Below are positions 49,807 to 62,204 of a stretch of 64,000 nucleotides of DNA, piece after piece. The stretch comes from Waterburya sp. (lineage in GTDB: Bacteria > Cyanobacteriota > Cyanobacteriia > Cyanobacteriales > Xenococcaceae): the NCBI GenBank assembly GCA_965217895.1, contig CBDCJV010000002.1:5120001-5184000 (forward strand), written 5' to 3'. How positions within the stretch are numbered: position 1 is the first letter of the stretch; each line of letters begins with the position of its first letter. The position numbers and the translations under genes are program-made. Below the pieces are notes generated by a model. It had not been told where the DNA came from. It saw only the letters and a program-made list of their open reading frames with translations, and searched no databases.

Positions 49807-51267
49807 ATGGATAGCGTCAAAACAATTATACAAAGCTTACTGATCTCGATGGGGGATTTAACACATCCTCAAAAGAAATTTATCTTGACCTTATTTTCAA
49901 CTCTGCTTGTAGGTTGCGGTAGAGCTAATTTTGTTAACTTAAGTCGTTATAGTCAAATCAGTGAGCGAACATATCGGCGACAATATCAACGTTCTTTTAA
50001 CTTCATCCAATTCAACCAAAAGCTAATAGAGCAAGCAATTGACTCTAAATCAGAGGTAATCCTAGCGGTAGACTGTTCTTTTATTCCCAAAAGTGGAAAA
50101 CGAACCTATGGTCTGGATCGCTTTTACAACGGCAGTGCATCAAGAGCAGAGAAAGGATTAGAGATTTCGGCAATGGCAGTAGTAGATGTAGGCAAAAAAA
50201 GGGGATACAGCCTCAGTGTTCAGCAAACACCAGCCAAGAACTCATCTTTAGAGAAAAATGAGCAACCAGAAACGACTAGGATTAATCACTATCTAGCTCA
50301 ATTAGAAGTAACTGTTCCTTATTTACCCAGCTCCTTTGGAGCAAAAGTAACAAGTAGCAGATAACAGATAGCAATTAAGTAACTCCGAAGTTGGTCTAAA
50401 GCGCAGAGCCTGAAAGGCTCAGATCGTCGTCGAAGACGACTGGCAACGCGCAAGCGTTGCGCTCTTTAAAGACGAAAAAAAATAAAACACATTTCTTTGT
50501 TTCAATCCTCTTGTTTTAACGAGAGGTAAAATTGCTACTTGCTACTTGCTACTTGCTACTTGTGAACCAGCTCCCTTCGCTATGTAGTCAGTGATGGATT
50601 CTACAGCAAAATTAAATGGGTCGAAGGAGTCACCAACCTCAAGCTAGAAGCAATCGGAAAATTACGACGGGATGCCAATTTACGTTATCCCAACCGAGAA
50701 GAATATTCAGGAAGAGGACGACCTCGTAAGTATGGCAAAAAAGTCGATTTAACCAACCAAAATAACTTTGAGTTGGTCACTCAATTATCTAACGGTATAG
50801 ATCTTTACACCGCCGTTGTTTGGTCTATCAGTCTTAAACGCCAAGTTCGGATAGTCTATTTACTCAATAATTCAGCTTCTTCAAGCTATGCTGTTTTATT
50901 TTGCACTCATCTTGAGCTTGATGCTTACTCGATTTATCTCTACTATAAATCTCGCTTCCAAATCGAGTTTGTGTTTCGTGATAGTAAACAGTTTACAGGG
51001 TTAGCTGATTGTCAGGCTCGCGATCTAAGCAAGCTTGATTTTCATTTTAATGCTTCACTCACTGCGCTCAATCTTGCCAAATTGGATACTGTTCAACAGC
51101 ATAATTGTTCGACTAATTTTGTTTTTTCAATGGCAAGTTACAAACGCCGTGCGCTTAACTACCATCTGCTTGAACGATTTATTGACAAGTTAGATCTAGA
51201 GCCTACTTTAATTAAATCCCATCCCAATTACTCAAACCTTTATGACTACGGAGCTATTGCTGCCTAA
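49807..51267 (+). pseudogene. DDE transposase split by a 232-bp insertion
   Basis: VDCSFIPKSGK, (LPSS|)LRYVVSDGFY, YKSRFQIEFVFRDSKQFTGL. Confidence 0.9.
50335..50566. mobile_element. Non-coding 232-bp insertion with inverted heptamer-array ends and an 8-bp target duplication
   Basis: CCAGCTCC at 50327-34 and 50567-74; left AGTAGCAGATAACAGATAGCAATT, right AATTGCTACTTGCTACTTGCTACT. Confidence 0.85.
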
Positions 51268-51789
51268 TTTTGTCCGAACCATTGTAACTAATAACTAACG
51301 TTTATCTAATCTTTTTTAAAGGCTAATAGCTAATAGCTAAAAACTAGCCACCACGAATGAAGGTAATTCACATTAAGCGTTACTTATTCCCATACTTGCG
51401 ATCCAATTTGTCCATTTGAACGGCATAGACAAAAACTAGTACGTACTTTCTTCTATAATTTAAATTTTGAAATTAAGTTTATCTTGGTTTACTCTGGTAA
51501 CTTAGGCATTTGTAAATTTTGTAACTATTTTTACCAAACTTTGGCTCAAGAGATTTATAGGATTGTGCCATCAACTTGCGATCAACACCAGGGGAAAAAC
51601 TCAGGTATTTTGTTTAAATAGGAAATTGATAGTTCGTCGCTTACCGTTTTGTGGTTTTAAAGAACAAATTTTGTATAAACAATTGTCATATCAGGCTCTC
51701 TAATTCAGATTGAAGGTGCGAAATAAATGTTAAAACTCCTTTAGTTAATCAGATTATCAAATAAGAGCGATCGCAAGTAACTCATAAAT

Positions 51790-52866
51790 ATGAACAAAAT
51801 GAAGAACAAGATTTTGCTCACGGGTGGCGGTTCTGCTGGACATATTACGGTCAATTTGGCTTTAATTCCTCTATTGATTGAGTCTGGATGGAAAGTTGTC
51901 TATATTGGCTCTTTTGCAGGAATTGAGCGGGAACTCATTGCCGATTTTCCTGAAGTTACTTATCATGCAATTCCCACAGGTAAACTGCGACGCTACTTTG
52001 ACAGGCAAAACTTTAGCGATGTTTTTCGCGTGCTAAAAGGCATCATTGAAGCTTACAAAATTATTCGTCAGGAGCAACCAAAGATTGTTTTTTCTAAAGG
52101 TGGTTTTGTTTCTGTTCCTGTAGTGCTGAGTAGTCGATTAAACAATATACCTGTAATTACCCATGAGTCTGATTTGACACCTGGACTAGCAAACCGCATC
52201 AATATGAATTTTGCTCAGAAAATTTGCGTTACATTCTCTGAGACTTTGCAGCATTTACCCAAAGATAAAGGAGAATTTATCGGTGCCGTAGTACGTCCAG
52301 AGTTAAAGCAGGGCGATCGCGAAAGAGGCAGGATTTTTTGCCAATTTGATTCTACTAAACCAGTAATTTTGATTGCTGGTGGTAGTCTTGGCTCTGTATA
52401 TATTAATCAAACAGTACGTTCGCTGCTTAATAAATTGCTCCAAGAGTTTCAAATTATTCATATTTGTGGCAAGGGCAATATAGATCGAAGTTTAGAACAC
52501 CAAGGCTATAAGCAATTTGAATATGCAGCTAATGAACTGGCAGATTTAATGTGTTTAGCAGATCTGGTGATTTCTCGCGCCGGCTCGAATTTTCTTTTTG
52601 AATTTCTAGCTCTTCAAAAACCGATGATTTTAATTCCTCTGTCGAAAAAGTCTAGTCGTGGCGATCAGATTGACAATGCTAAAGTCTTTGAAAGACAGGG
52701 ATATGCCGAAGTGATTTTAGAAGAAAACTTAACTGAAGATAGCTTGTTGGACACAATTAACACTGTTTATAGTAATCGAGAAAACTATATCAAGAAAATG
52801 GACAATTGGAATAGCGATCGCTCTCTAGCTAAATTATTCGATTTGATTACTAATTCAGTCAATTAA
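51790..52866 (+). CDS. murG: Undecaprenyldiphospho-muramoylpentapeptide beta-N-acetylglucosaminyltransferase
   Basis: [45 protein letters not shown]. Confidence 0.93.
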   Translation: MNKMKNKILLTGGGSAGHITVNLALIPLLIESGWKVVYIGSFAGIERELIADFPEVTYHAIPTGKLRRYFDRQNFSDVFRVLKGIIEAYKIIRQEQPKIVFSKGGFVSVPVVLSSRLNNIPVITHESDLTPGLANRINMNFAQKICVTFSETLQHLPKDKGEFIGAVVRPELKQGDRERGRIFCQFDSTKPVILIAGGSLGSVYINQTVRSLLNKLLQEFQIIHICGKGNIDRSLEHQGYKQFEYAANELADLMCLADLVISRAGSNFLFEFLALQKPMILIPLSKKSSRGDQIDNAKVFERQGYAEVILEENLTEDSLLDTINTVYSNRENYIKKMDNWNSDRSLAKLFDLITNSVN

Positions 52867-53540
52867 GCAGCAAAAATTTCAGTCAAATTTAAAGCAAACC
52901 CTGGTAGTACGTCTTCTCCGAATAGAGTTTGCGGATTATTTAATACTTCTACGGGTTTTCCTAGGCGATAAATTTCGACTATTTTCGCTGATGGCTCAAT
53001 TAACCAGCCTAACTTAACTCCATTGTCTAGATACTCTTGCATCCTCGCGCGTACATGCGGCTAAAGCCTTTGTCTTGCGCCTATCGGCGACGCGGGGTCG
53101 CTCGTCATCTTTGTCTGTAAGTCTTCGTATCGCTGATTTTTTAAATCGCTTGGACTAACAAGCTCAATTACAAAATCTGGGGCAATGGGGGGAAATCCGT
53201 CTTGCTGTGCTTGAGTCAGTTGATTCCAACGCTCTAATCTAATCCAGCTAACATCAGGACTTCTTCTTACGCCACTAGGCAAAACAAATACGGTAGAGGA
53301 ATCAAATACTTCTCCTTGACCATGTCGATCTGCCCAGTTTCTCAATTTTTGAGTCAGCCGACTATTTTTTCTGCCTGCTGTTCCAACCGTAGGACTCATG
53401 ACAATTAATTCTCCATTCTCGGTTAACTCTAATCTTGCTAGTTGTTCGGCATCAGCCAACTGCTCAAACTGTTCTGGAGTTATACGAAATCCTTGAGGAA
53501 TAGTAAAGGGGAAAGTCATGCCTTCGACGATCGCTTCCAT
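52863..53540 (-). pseudogene. Uma2 family endonuclease interrupted by a 66-bp insertion
   Basis: RSPDVSWI, APDFVIELVSPSD, ..KM|QEYLDNGVKLGWLI...GEDVLPGF resumes after the insertion. Confidence 0.9.
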
Positions 53541-53573
53541 TTTGCTTAATTAATATATTTAATTATTATTTTA

Positions 53574-53873
53574 TTATTTCTGAAACAGATTACACACAAG
53601 TTCACCTGGGCTATTGACCTTGAAAGGAATAGGATATTTACCTTTGCGGGTTAAAGTGCGATCGCGACAGTTATAAATTTCTTTGTCTCTCTGCTTTTGC
53701 CCGTCAATACTTACTTTAGCTCGATATTCCCAGTAGTTTTTAGCACTCCGCTTGAGCTTAAGGATACACACCTGTTGCCCGTTGCGATCGCCACACATTG
53801 AAGCATCTGCCACGGTTGTAAACCCTAGCCAAAATATTAGCAATACTAACAAAAACAACTGTCTATATTTCAC
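53574..53873 (-). CDS. Hypothetical secreted protein (cyanobacterial conserved)
   Basis: Signal peptide; C..KRSAKNYWEYR..YNCR. Confidence 0.75.
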   Translation of the reverse strand: MKYRQLFLLVLLIFWLGFTTVADASMCGDRNGQQVCILKLKRSAKNYWEYRAKVSIDGQKQRDKEIYNCRDRTLTRKGKYPIPFKVNSPGELVCNLFQK

Positions 53874-53900
53874 TACCTCAAATCACTTCTTACTTCTCAC

Positions 53901-54743
53901 TTAAGCTGGAGGTAACTCCAAGGAAATCTGTCCCATGTTACCTGTACGAAAATCATACAGTATTTGGCGGGCGACTCTTTCTTTGTCTCCCTTGAAGGAG
54001 CGATCGCTCACCGACTGAATAAAAGCTTCTCCTGTCATTCCTGTAGGCTCAAAATTAAAGCGAGATTGTAATGTTTTCTCAAAGCCTAATTCTAAGAGTA
54101 AATCTACTGCTGCTGCTGCTACAACTTGATTGTCATAAGAAGCCTGACCAATATCTTCGCAAATAGCTAATTTTATCGCATCCTGCTGATTTTCTAATCT
54201 CCAGGGAATTACCCCAGGAGCATCTAGCAGTTCAATTTCATCAGAAATTTTTACCCAACGTAACTGACGGGTTACACCAGCGCGACGTTCACTAACAACA
54301 ATTTTTTGACCCACTAAACGATTAATTAAGGCAGACTTGCCCACGTTGGGAAAGCCAATTACCACAGCCCTTACAGGACGAGGACGCATACCGCGATCGC
54401 GTCGTCGTTGATTTGTTGCCACACCTGCTTCTTGAGCAGCACTTTTAATGGCTTTGATGCCCTTTCCCTGTTTGGCATTAGTAAAAAATGGTTGTTTTTC
54501 CTGTGCTTGAAACCATCTTGTCCAATCCTGTTGTGCTGATTCAGGAATCATATCCAGACGATTTAAAACTACAATTCGCGGTTTATTGCCGATCCAGCTA
54601 TCGATTTGCGGATGATGAGAAGCCAAAGGAATTCTGGCATCTAGTATTTCTAAGACCACATCAACTTTCTTTAGCTGTTCTTTTAGTTGCCTTTCGGCTT
54701 TGGCAATATGACCTGGATACCATTGAATCGGAGGAGCAGACAT
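53901..54743 (-). CDS. ylqF: Ribosome biogenesis GTPase YlqF/RbgA
   Basis: IQWYPGH, DARIP, GFPNVGKS, LLDAPG. Confidence 0.96.
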   Translation of the reverse strand: MSAPPIQWYPGHIAKAERQLKEQLKKVDVVLEILDARIPLASHHPQIDSWIGNKPRIVVLNRLDMIPESAQQDWTRWFQAQEKQPFFTNAKQGKGIKAIKSAAQEAGVATNQRRRDRGMRPRPVRAVVIGFPNVGKSALINRLVGQKIVVSERRAGVTRQLRWVKISDEIELLDAPGVIPWRLENQQDAIKLAICEDIGQASYDNQVVAAAAVDLLLELGFEKTLQSRFNFEPTGMTGEAFIQSVSDRSFKGDKERVARQILYDFRTGNMGQISLELPPA

Positions 54744-54900
54744 ACGTATTTAAGAATAAAATAATAAAAAACCCCATAGATTACTCTAGGGGCTATGGTT
54801 ATCGGTTGGCATAACTATCATCATGGCTCAGATATAACTACTAGCTATAGCTTGAAAATAGAATTCTGAAGTAAAGATGCGATCGCCCTTAAAATAAATT

Positions 54901-56118
54901 TTACGGTTTAAGAATATATTTAGACTCCAAAGGTTTTAGTTTTCCTTCTTGGACTAAAGCTTGGTGAATCATAGCTGCAACCTCACCGCGAGTTGCTGAT
55001 TTATTAGGCATAAGAGAATCTTCAAAACCAGGACGATTAACAATTAATTTTGCTTCATAAGCAGCAGCTACCTGTTCTTTTGCCCAATCGGGTAGGTTTT
55101 CACTACCCTTAAGTTTTTGAAGAGCTTGGTCGGCATTTTGAGATGGTTTTAAACCTAGTCCTGTTGCCAGAGCAACCAATACCTGATAGCGAGGGATATT
55201 TTCTAAAGGACGAAACGTATTTTTAGAATAGCCTTTCATAAAGCCAAGGCGAACTGCTTTATCAATATCGACCGCGATCTCATTTCCATTACTTACGTCA
55301 TTAAATTTTCTAATTCCTTGAGTTTCAGGCTGCATATCAAAAGCTCGGCTAATTAAAGTAGCCATACTAGCTCTGGTAATCAGCTTATTTGGTTCAAAGT
55401 TTTTATCGCCTATCAAGGTACTAGCTAACCCATTATCACTCATCTGCTTTACAAACGGATAAATCCAATTGTCCTTGGTAATATCTTTAGGTATTCCAAT
55501 GGGAACAATTGCCTGTGGCTTTTTCTTAGCGGGAGGTTCAACGAAAGCAGGTGGCTGTGGCTTTTTCTTAGGAGCTTCAATGGGAGCAGGTGACTGTGGC
55601 TTTTTCTTGGCAGGAGCTTGAGTAGTAATATTATTTTTATTTTGCTCTGGTTTAGCTGTCAGAGCAGGGACAGCAACTCCAGCTAAAGGAACTAGCTTTG
55701 CTCCAGAATCAAGCTGATAAGATTGCTTTTTGACTTTAGGGGGTAAATTAAGTTCTTGAGATGGAGGAACAAAAGCAACGGGTGATTCTGACTGACGTAA
55801 TTTATTAATTATTTCTCGCTCATCAGATTTTGTGATGCTAGCGTTGGTATTGGATTTTGAGTTACTAATAACTCCATTATTTAAACCAAAACCAGTTGAG
55901 GTGGTATCAGAGTTAGAAAGTAAGCTATTGCCTCCAACTAAACCCCCAAAATTGGCAAGACCGCCTTTTTTTCCGCCTAGCGTCCAAAATAATATTGCCC
56001 CAATAGTTGTAAAGGCGACAATTATGCCGATCATTTCATCAAAAGTTACACCAGAGGCAGGTCTTCTTCTGCGTTCTGGAATCGGGTTTTGCGGATCTTG
56101 AGGAGATGGATTTGTCAT
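54901..56118 (-). CDS. S-layer homology domain protein with N-terminal TM and Pro/Lys-rich repeats
   Basis: F.PN..ITRA, FRP.ENI.R.QV, ATRGEVAAMIHQAL; three KKKPQ repeats. Confidence 0.88.
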   Translation of the reverse strand: MTNPSPQDPQNPIPERRRRPASGVTFDEMIGIIVAFTTIGAILFWTLGGKKGGLANFGGLVGGNSLLSNSDTTSTGFGLNNGVISNSKSNTNASITKSDEREIINKLRQSESPVAFVPPSQELNLPPKVKKQSYQLDSGAKLVPLAGVAVPALTAKPEQNKNNITTQAPAKKKPQSPAPIEAPKKKPQPPAFVEPPAKKKPQAIVPIGIPKDITKDNWIYPFVKQMSDNGLASTLIGDKNFEPNKLITRASMATLISRAFDMQPETQGIRKFNDVSNGNEIAVDIDKAVRLGFMKGYSKNTFRPLENIPRYQVLVALATGLGLKPSQNADQALQKLKGSENLPDWAKEQVAAAYEAKLIVNRPGFEDSLMPNKSATRGEVAAMIHQALVQEGKLKPLESKYILKP

Positions 56119-56301
56119 AAATAATAAACTACTAATTTAAGAATGATATTTAAAAAGTAAACTACGCTGAAGATATTGTCCTAAAAATAAACTTAAGTTT
56201 CTATGTTTTAACTTGTAGCAGGATTATTAGAGGTTTTCAAGGTTAAAGCTAAAATCAAACAATTGTTTACTAAAAGTCGGCGTATGAGCAGAATATCAAA
56301 A

Positions 56302-56333
56302 AGGGCGATCGCAGTTTAACTGAAAATCGCCCT
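56302..56333 (-). terminator. Probable intrinsic terminator after the glutamate synthase gene
   Basis: AGGGCGAT...ATCGCCCT stem with adjacent T-run on the minus strand. Confidence 0.55.
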
Positions 56334-56372
56334 GAACTATTAAGATTAAGGTATTTAATGCTCGATTGTGGA

Positions 56373-59300
56373 CTACACAGAGGTCAAAGTCTTGGTTTCT
56401 GCTGCACCAGTTTCTGGACTATCTGCTTCTGATGGAGGAACTACCTGCCAAAATTGACCTAAATAATTGTTCCAATCAGCTAGAATAGTTTTTCCTTTGG
56501 GGCTGCCAGTTTTCTCAACGTGCTTTTGGATCATTTCTTTTAGCTGTTTTTCTCCTGCGGGAGAATTAACTCGTTGAATTTTGACAATTTCGGGATTAAC
56601 TTTATCAGAAAAAGTATTATTTTCATCTAGGAAGTAACCTAAACCGCCTGTCATCCCTGCGCCAACATTACGCCCGGCTTCTCCCAAGACTACTATTAAA
56701 CCGCCTGTCATATATTCACAACAGTGATCTCCCGCACCTTCGATCACAGCTTTTGCTAAAGAATTACGGACTGCAAACCTTTCTCCAGCCCGTCCATTGG
56801 CATATAATGCGCCTCCAGTTGCCCCATAAAGACAGGTATTACCCACAATTACGTTGGTAGCAGCATCATAGGTAGATTTGGTATGGGGAGCAATAATAAT
56901 TTCGCCCCCGTGCATTCCTTTGCCAACATAGTCATTCGCTTCACCAGAGAGGATCATCTTCATTCCTGGTAAATTAAATGCTCCAAAGCTTTGACCAGCA
57001 GAACCTTTGAATATTAAAGTGATCTCTCCCTCAAAACCGCTGTTGCCATATTTTGAGGCGATCGCACCTGATATTCGCCCGCCTACACTGCGATCGGTAT
57101 TGATAATAGTTACGTCTTTGATGACTTGACTTTGATTAGCGATCGCTTCAGCTACTCGGTCATCGGCTAAGATCTCCTCATCTAGTACTTTGCCATTGGT
57201 ATGAACCTCTTCATGCTTTAACCAACTGCGATCGCTTTTAACACTTGGCAAATCGATTAGGCAGCTTAAGTCTAAAGCATTGGTTTTAGCAATCTCTACT
57301 TCAGAATTTTGAACCAGTAAATCAGTACGTCCAATAATTTCATCTAAATGGCGATAGCCTAATTTTGCTAACAACTGTCTTACTTCTTCGGCCACAAAGT
57401 AAAAGAAGTTAACCACATTTTCAGGAATACCTTTAAAGCGATCTCGCAAATGCTGCTGTTGAGTCGCCACGCCTACAGGACAGGTGTTCATGTGACAAAC
57501 TCTTGCCATGATACAGCCTTCGGCAATCATCGCAATTGAACCAAAGCCATATTCTTCTGCGCCCATCAGCGCAGCCATAATCACATCCCAGCCAGTTTTT
57601 AAGCCACCATCAGCCCGCAATAAAACGCGATCGCGCAGTTGATTCTCTAGCAATACTCGGTGTACTTCTGTTAGCCCTAATTCCCAAGATACCCCTGCGT
57701 GTTTGATAGAACTTAAGGGTGATGCCCCTGTACCTCCATCATGTCCTGAAATTTGAATCACATCAGCATTAGCCTTGGCTACCCCTGCTGCGATCGTGCC
57801 TATGCCTATTTCTGCTACTAATTTGACTGAAACTTTGGCACTAGGGTTTATTTGGTGGAGATCGAAAATTAGCTGTGCCAAATCCTCAATCGAGTAAATA
57901 TCATGGTGCGGTGGAGGAGAAATTAAGGTTACTCCAGGTTTAGAACGACGCAGAGAAGCAATATAAGGGCTGACTTTTTTCCCTGGTAACTGTCCTCCTT
58001 CTCCTGGCTTTGCCCCTTGAGCTAGCTTGATTTCTAGCTGTTTGGCACTCATTAAATATTCAGGAGTAACTCCAAAACGTCCTGATGCCACCTGCTTGAT
58101 GGCAGAACTAGCAGTATCGCCGTTTTGCAAACCATTAAGATGAGGTAAGGTAGGAGACTTTCCATCTGCTGCAACGTCGTTTAATACTTTGAAGCGAACT
58201 GAATCTTCCCCTCCTTCTCCTGAATTAGACTTTCCGCCAATTCGATTCATAGCTACGGCTAAGGTTTCATGAGCTTCCCGCGATAAAGAACCAAGGGACA
58301 TTCCTCCAGTACAAAAGCGTTTGACGATACTTTCTACTAATTCTACTTCTTCAATGGGAATAGATTTACGGTCTGGTTTAAAGTCCAATAAATCCCGTAG
58401 TGCCGTTGCTGGTCGTCCATGAAGATGTTTTTTATAAAGCTCGTAGTGGTCATAATCTCTACTGGCTACAGCTTGATGCAATGCCTTGGACATTTCAGGG
58501 GAGTTCATATGATATTCTCCACCTTTTTTGTACTTGACAAAGCCGTAGTTTTCCAGCTTTTTACCGTGAATTTCTGGAAAAGCCTTGTGGTGAAAAGCAA
58601 CAACTTCTTGAGCCAACTCAGATACGGTTAAACCACCCAAACGAGAAGTTGTACCAGCGAAAGCTAAGTCAACTAAATCTACTCCTAAACCTAATGCTTC
58701 AAAGATTTGCGCTCCATGATAGGAGGACAGCAAAGAAATTCCCATTTTAGAAAGAATTTTAAGTAATCCCGCTTCAATAGACTTGCGATAGTTCTTCTGA
58801 GCTTTGTCCAAACTTACAGACTCAATCCGCTCATTCTGCATTAATTTTTGCGTTTTAGGATCGTTCCACCATTGACGGACACTTTCCAAGGCTAAATAAG
58901 GACAAATTGCTGAGGCACCATAACCAACCAAGCAAGCAAAGTGATGAGTACTCCAGCATTGAGCCGTATCTACCACTAAAGATGTTCTTAGGCGTAATCC
59001 TTGACGTATTAAATGATGATGCACTGCTCCAACTGCCATTAAGGGAGGAATATAGCTATATTCTGTGCCAATCTTTTGCGTACCAGAGCGATCGCTCAAA
59101 ATAATTATTTCCACTCCAGTCTGCACCGCAGCAGTAGCTTTTTGACAAAGCTGGTTTACCGCCTCTTTTAATCCATCTGGGCCTGTAGAAATTTTGTAGA
59201 GGGTTGATAATTCTTGAGTTTTAAAGCCCGAAGCCTTGATACCAGCTAATTCTTCATCATTTAGCACAGGAGATTCCAACTTCAGCAGTCTAGCATCTTC

Positions 59301-61043
59301 AGGTTTTAAGTTGAGCAGATTTCCCTTGCCTCCTAGCTGCATCGACAAAGACATAACTAAGCTTTCTCGCAAAGGATCGATCGCGGGATTTGTTACCTGA
59401 GCAAATCTTTGTTTAAAGTAGTCATATAATAGCCTTGGCTTGTCTGAAAGCACCGCTAAAGGAATATCATCCCCCATACAAAAAGTTGGCTCTTTACCGT
59501 TAATTGCCATTGACTGAATAATCAATTCGAGATCTTCAGCGGTGTAGCCAAAGGCAGTTTGCCGTTGTAATAACTTCTCAGAAGTTATGAGGTTTTCAGT
59601 CCCAAAATATTGAGGTTCAACGGACTGGCGATGTTGCTGTATCCACTTTCCATAAGGATTCGCTTTAGCAACACGCTGTTTTACCTCCCAGTTGCGCAAC
59701 ACTTCTTTTGTTTGCAGATCGACTACTATAGTTTGACCAGGGCCTAATCTACCTTTTTCTACTATCTCCTCGTCGGGCAAATCTACAACCCCTGTCTCTG
59801 AACCTACAACTACATAACCATCTTTGGTAATGCAATAGCGGGCAGGACGCAAGCCATTGCGATCTAAAACTGCACCAACGGTTTTGCCATCGCTGTAAAC
59901 TAGTAGTGCAGGGCCGTCCCAAGGCTCTTGCTGTCCACTATGATATTCATAAAAATCAACTATCTCAGGATATTCTTTGAGGGATGGTTGATTTTTATAT
60001 GCTTCTGGAACTAGAATCATAGTTGCTTCAGGAATGCTGCGACCAGTTCGCACTAATAATTCCATTGCGCTATCTAAATTATAGGAGTCGCTATTATCAT
60101 TGTTGACAATAGGCGTTAATCCTTCAATTTCAGCTTGAGTCCAACCAGGCAAAGATGCGTCCCCAGAGTTGGAAATTAGTTCTTTCTCCCGATTGGACAT
60201 CCAGTTAATATTGCCCAAGAGAGTGTTTATTTCGCCATTATGACCCAACATCCGCATTGGTTGAGCGAAGGGCCATTTGGGCATTGTATTCGTGCTGAAG
60301 CGACGATGGTAAACAGCAAAGCTACTTTCGTAATCTGGGTTGGCTAAATCTTGATAAAATTCACCTAGAATAACCGAGCGCACCATGCCTTTATAGACAA
60401 TAGTACGGCACGAAAAAGAGCAGATATAAAAATCATCCGATAGTCTTTTGCCCACGCGCGATCGCGCTATATAAAGTTTGCGCTCTAAATCATCCCCCGT
60501 CAGATTGTCTGGCGAACTAACAATAATTTGCTCAATATGAGGCTGATAGGCTCTTGCCTGTTCCCCCAATACTTCGGGACTAACTGGAACTTTTCGCCAA
60601 CCTAATACCGTTAGATTCTCCTGCTTTACTGTTTCTTCGATAAACCTCTTTAATTCTTCAGCCTGACTTTTTGCTTGAGGTAAAAATACCATTCCCACAC
60701 CCCAAGCTTCTTCTGGTGGCTGAAGGATATTATTATTTGCAAACCAAGCAGCAAAAATCTTGAGAGGCAATGAAGTCATAACACCTGCACCGTCTCCAGA
60801 ATCGCGATCGGCACTGCATCCGCCACGATGCTCCATACATCCTAAAGCTTTAAGAGCCTGCTGTACTAGCTTATTGCTTTGCCGACCATCTTGGTAAGCA
60901 ATAAACCCTACACCGCAAGCGTCTCTTTCTTCTACTAACCAACGTTGACCCTGAAAAGGCTTGTTTACTAACTTACCAGATAATTGAGATTGATGCACAT
61001 TACTACCTATTGCTTCTTTTGATTCCATTTCTTGCTTGCTCAT
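56373..61043 (-). CDS. glsF: Ferredoxin-dependent glutamate synthase
   Basis: [48 protein letters not shown]; no small subunit adjacent. Confidence 0.95.
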   Translation of the reverse strand: MSKQEMESKEAIGSNVHQSQLSGKLVNKPFQGQRWLVEERDACGVGFIAYQDGRQSNKLVQQALKALGCMEHRGGCSADRDSGDGAGVMTSLPLKIFAAWFANNNILQPPEEAWGVGMVFLPQAKSQAEELKRFIEETVKQENLTVLGWRKVPVSPEVLGEQARAYQPHIEQIIVSSPDNLTGDDLERKLYIARSRVGKRLSDDFYICSFSCRTIVYKGMVRSVILGEFYQDLANPDYESSFAVYHRRFSTNTMPKWPFAQPMRMLGHNGEINTLLGNINWMSNREKELISNSGDASLPGWTQAEIEGLTPIVNNDNSDSYNLDSAMELLVRTGRSIPEATMILVPEAYKNQPSLKEYPEIVDFYEYHSGQQEPWDGPALLVYSDGKTVGAVLDRNGLRPARYCITKDGYVVVGSETGVVDLPDEEIVEKGRLGPGQTIVVDLQTKEVLRNWEVKQRVAKANPYGKWIQQHRQSVEPQYFGTENLITSEKLLQRQTAFGYTAEDLELIIQSMAINGKEPTFCMGDDIPLAVLSDKPRLLYDYFKQRFAQVTNPAIDPLRESLVMSLSMQLGGKGNLLNLKPEDARLLKLESPVLNDEELAGIKASGFKTQELSTLYKISTGPDGLKEAVNQLCQKATAAVQTGVEIIILSDRSGTQKIGTEYSYIPPLMAVGAVHHHLIRQGLRLRTSLVVDTAQCWSTHHFACLVGYGASAICPYLALESVRQWWNDPKTQKLMQNERIESVSLDKAQKNYRKSIEAGLLKILSKMGISLLSSYHGAQIFEALGLGVDLVDLAFAGTTSRLGGLTVSELAQEVVAFHHKAFPEIHGKKLENYGFVKYKKGGEYHMNSPEMSKALHQAVASRDYDHYELYKKHLHGRPATALRDLLDFKPDRKSIPIEEVELVESIVKRFCTGGMSLGSLSREAHETLAVAMNRIGGKSNSGEGGEDSVRFKVLNDVAADGKSPTLPHLNGLQNGDTASSAIKQVASGRFGVTPEYLMSAKQLEIKLAQGAKPGEGGQLPGKKVSPYIASLRRSKPGVTLISPPPHHDIYSIEDLAQLIFDLHQINPSAKVSVKLVAEIGIGTIAAGVAKANADVIQISGHDGGTGASPLSSIKHAGVSWELGLTEVHRVLLENQLRDRVLLRADGGLKTGWDVIMAALMGAEEYGFGSIAMIAEGCIMARVCHMNTCPVGVATQQQHLRDRFKGIPENVVNFFYFVAEEVRQLLAKLGYRHLDEIIGRTDLLVQNSEVEIAKTNALDLSCLIDLPSVKSDRSWLKHEEVHTNGKVLDEEILADDRVAEAIANQSQVIKDVTIINTDRSVGGRISGAIASKYGNSGFEGEITLIFKGSAGQSFGAFNLPGMKMILSGEANDYVGKGMHGGEIIIAPHTKSTYDAATNVIVGNTCLYGATGGALYANGRAGERFAVRNSLAKAVIEGAGDHCCEYMTGGLIVVLGEAGRNVGAGMTGGLGYFLDENNTFSDKVNPEIVKIQRVNSPAGEKQLKEMIQKHVEKTGSPKGKTILADWNNYLGQFWQVVPPSEADSPETGAAETKTLTSV

Positions 61044-61528
61044 ACAGATGTAATAAATTATTTTAGATAACTTTTAAACAGTCGATCGCTATTTCAGTTT
61101 TGTTTTTAAAGCTAAAAATATAAAAATTGATTAAATACTGATAAAAATGATGCACATTCAGTTATTCACAGAATACAAATGGATATCGTACTTTATCGGT
61201 ATAAGATTTTACAAACTAGCTTTTGATAGTTGAGTAATTGAAGAGTAATCAAATAGGTAGCTAAAGATAATTATTAGAATATTCCAGATAGTATAACACT
61301 ACCGATAATTTGTTACTCGCTACTGCATAATATCTTTAGGCTCGAATATGCCAAAATTTCGATATAGTCATTTGTGTGCATTATCGAATCAGCATAATAA
61401 AAGCATAAATTCTTTTCATACCTAAATTTTAATAATATTTGGTTACATAAAGTACGGAAATTATTAAAGATCGTAGAGGAATATCCGCAGACCAGTTTAG
61501 ATATTTAGCGATTTTAGCTTAAATTTTC

Positions 61529-61710
61529 CTATGCCCAAAGAGCAGCAGTAATGCGATCGCGCACCTCTAATTTACTTAGAATTTGGGTAATGTAATTTTT
61601 TACTGTTCCCATACTTAAATATAGGGTGTTGGCGATTTTACGGTTGTTTTTGCCCCGACCAACCAACTGCAAAACCTCTAACTCTCTGGGGCTAACTGCA
61701 TCTAGATATT
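61529..61710 (-). pseudogene. LuxR/NarL-type HTH remnant (not in the ORF track)
   Basis: Manual translation: SPRELEVLQLVGRGKNNRKIANTLYLSMGTVKNYITQILSKLEVRDRITAALWA*. Confidence 0.8.
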
Positions 61711-61890
61711 TAGTATTCTTTGGGTTACAAGCAAAGATACTTTAACACTCCCCGAAGGCGTAGATGTTTATGCAGGATTGTTTGCAATTAGCTATCAAGA
61801 AAAAGATCTCAGGCGATCGCTTCTTCACACCATTCAACCCATTCTGTCTCATAGCGAATTCCCTGTCGTAGAGTTAAATACATACATTTT

Positions 61891-62199
61891 TTGGCTAAAG
61901 ACAATTCGGACGAATCAGCAAACAAACAAATTGCCCGTTTAGCTGTTACCCAAACTAACAATGCCGATGGCTACTGGTTGCCCATTAACGCTTTGGTAAA
62001 AGGCGATCGCGGTTTGTGGTCTTGTCACGCTTTAGTAAAGTCATCAGACGGTAATAATAAAGCAGAACGCAGATATGTAGAGATATTAAAAACCCAAGGC
62101 GATCGTGTTTTAGTCCGAGGCACACTTCAAACGGGAGATGAAATCATTACAGGCGGTACACATCGTTCAGTACCAGGTCAATTAGTAAAAAAGATCTAA
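61891..62199 (+). pseudogene. C-terminal remnant of an RND periplasmic adaptor
   Basis: GYWLP..AL.KG.RGLW.C...RVLVRGTL..GD.I..GTHR.VPGQ, paralogous to the end of 12501..13895. Confidence 0.85.
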
Positions 62200-62204
62200 G
62201 GTAA

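Larger units (their letters stand above)
49725..51284 (+). mobile_element. Insertion sequence (IS4/IS701-like DDE) with interrupted transposase
   Basis: Perfect 15-bp IRs CAATGGTTCGGACAA / TTGTCCGAACCATTG. Confidence 0.9.

Noticed and set aside
61044..61500. NtcA box upstream of glsF
   Set aside because: The best candidate GTATAACACTAC has 6-nt rather than 8-nt spacing.
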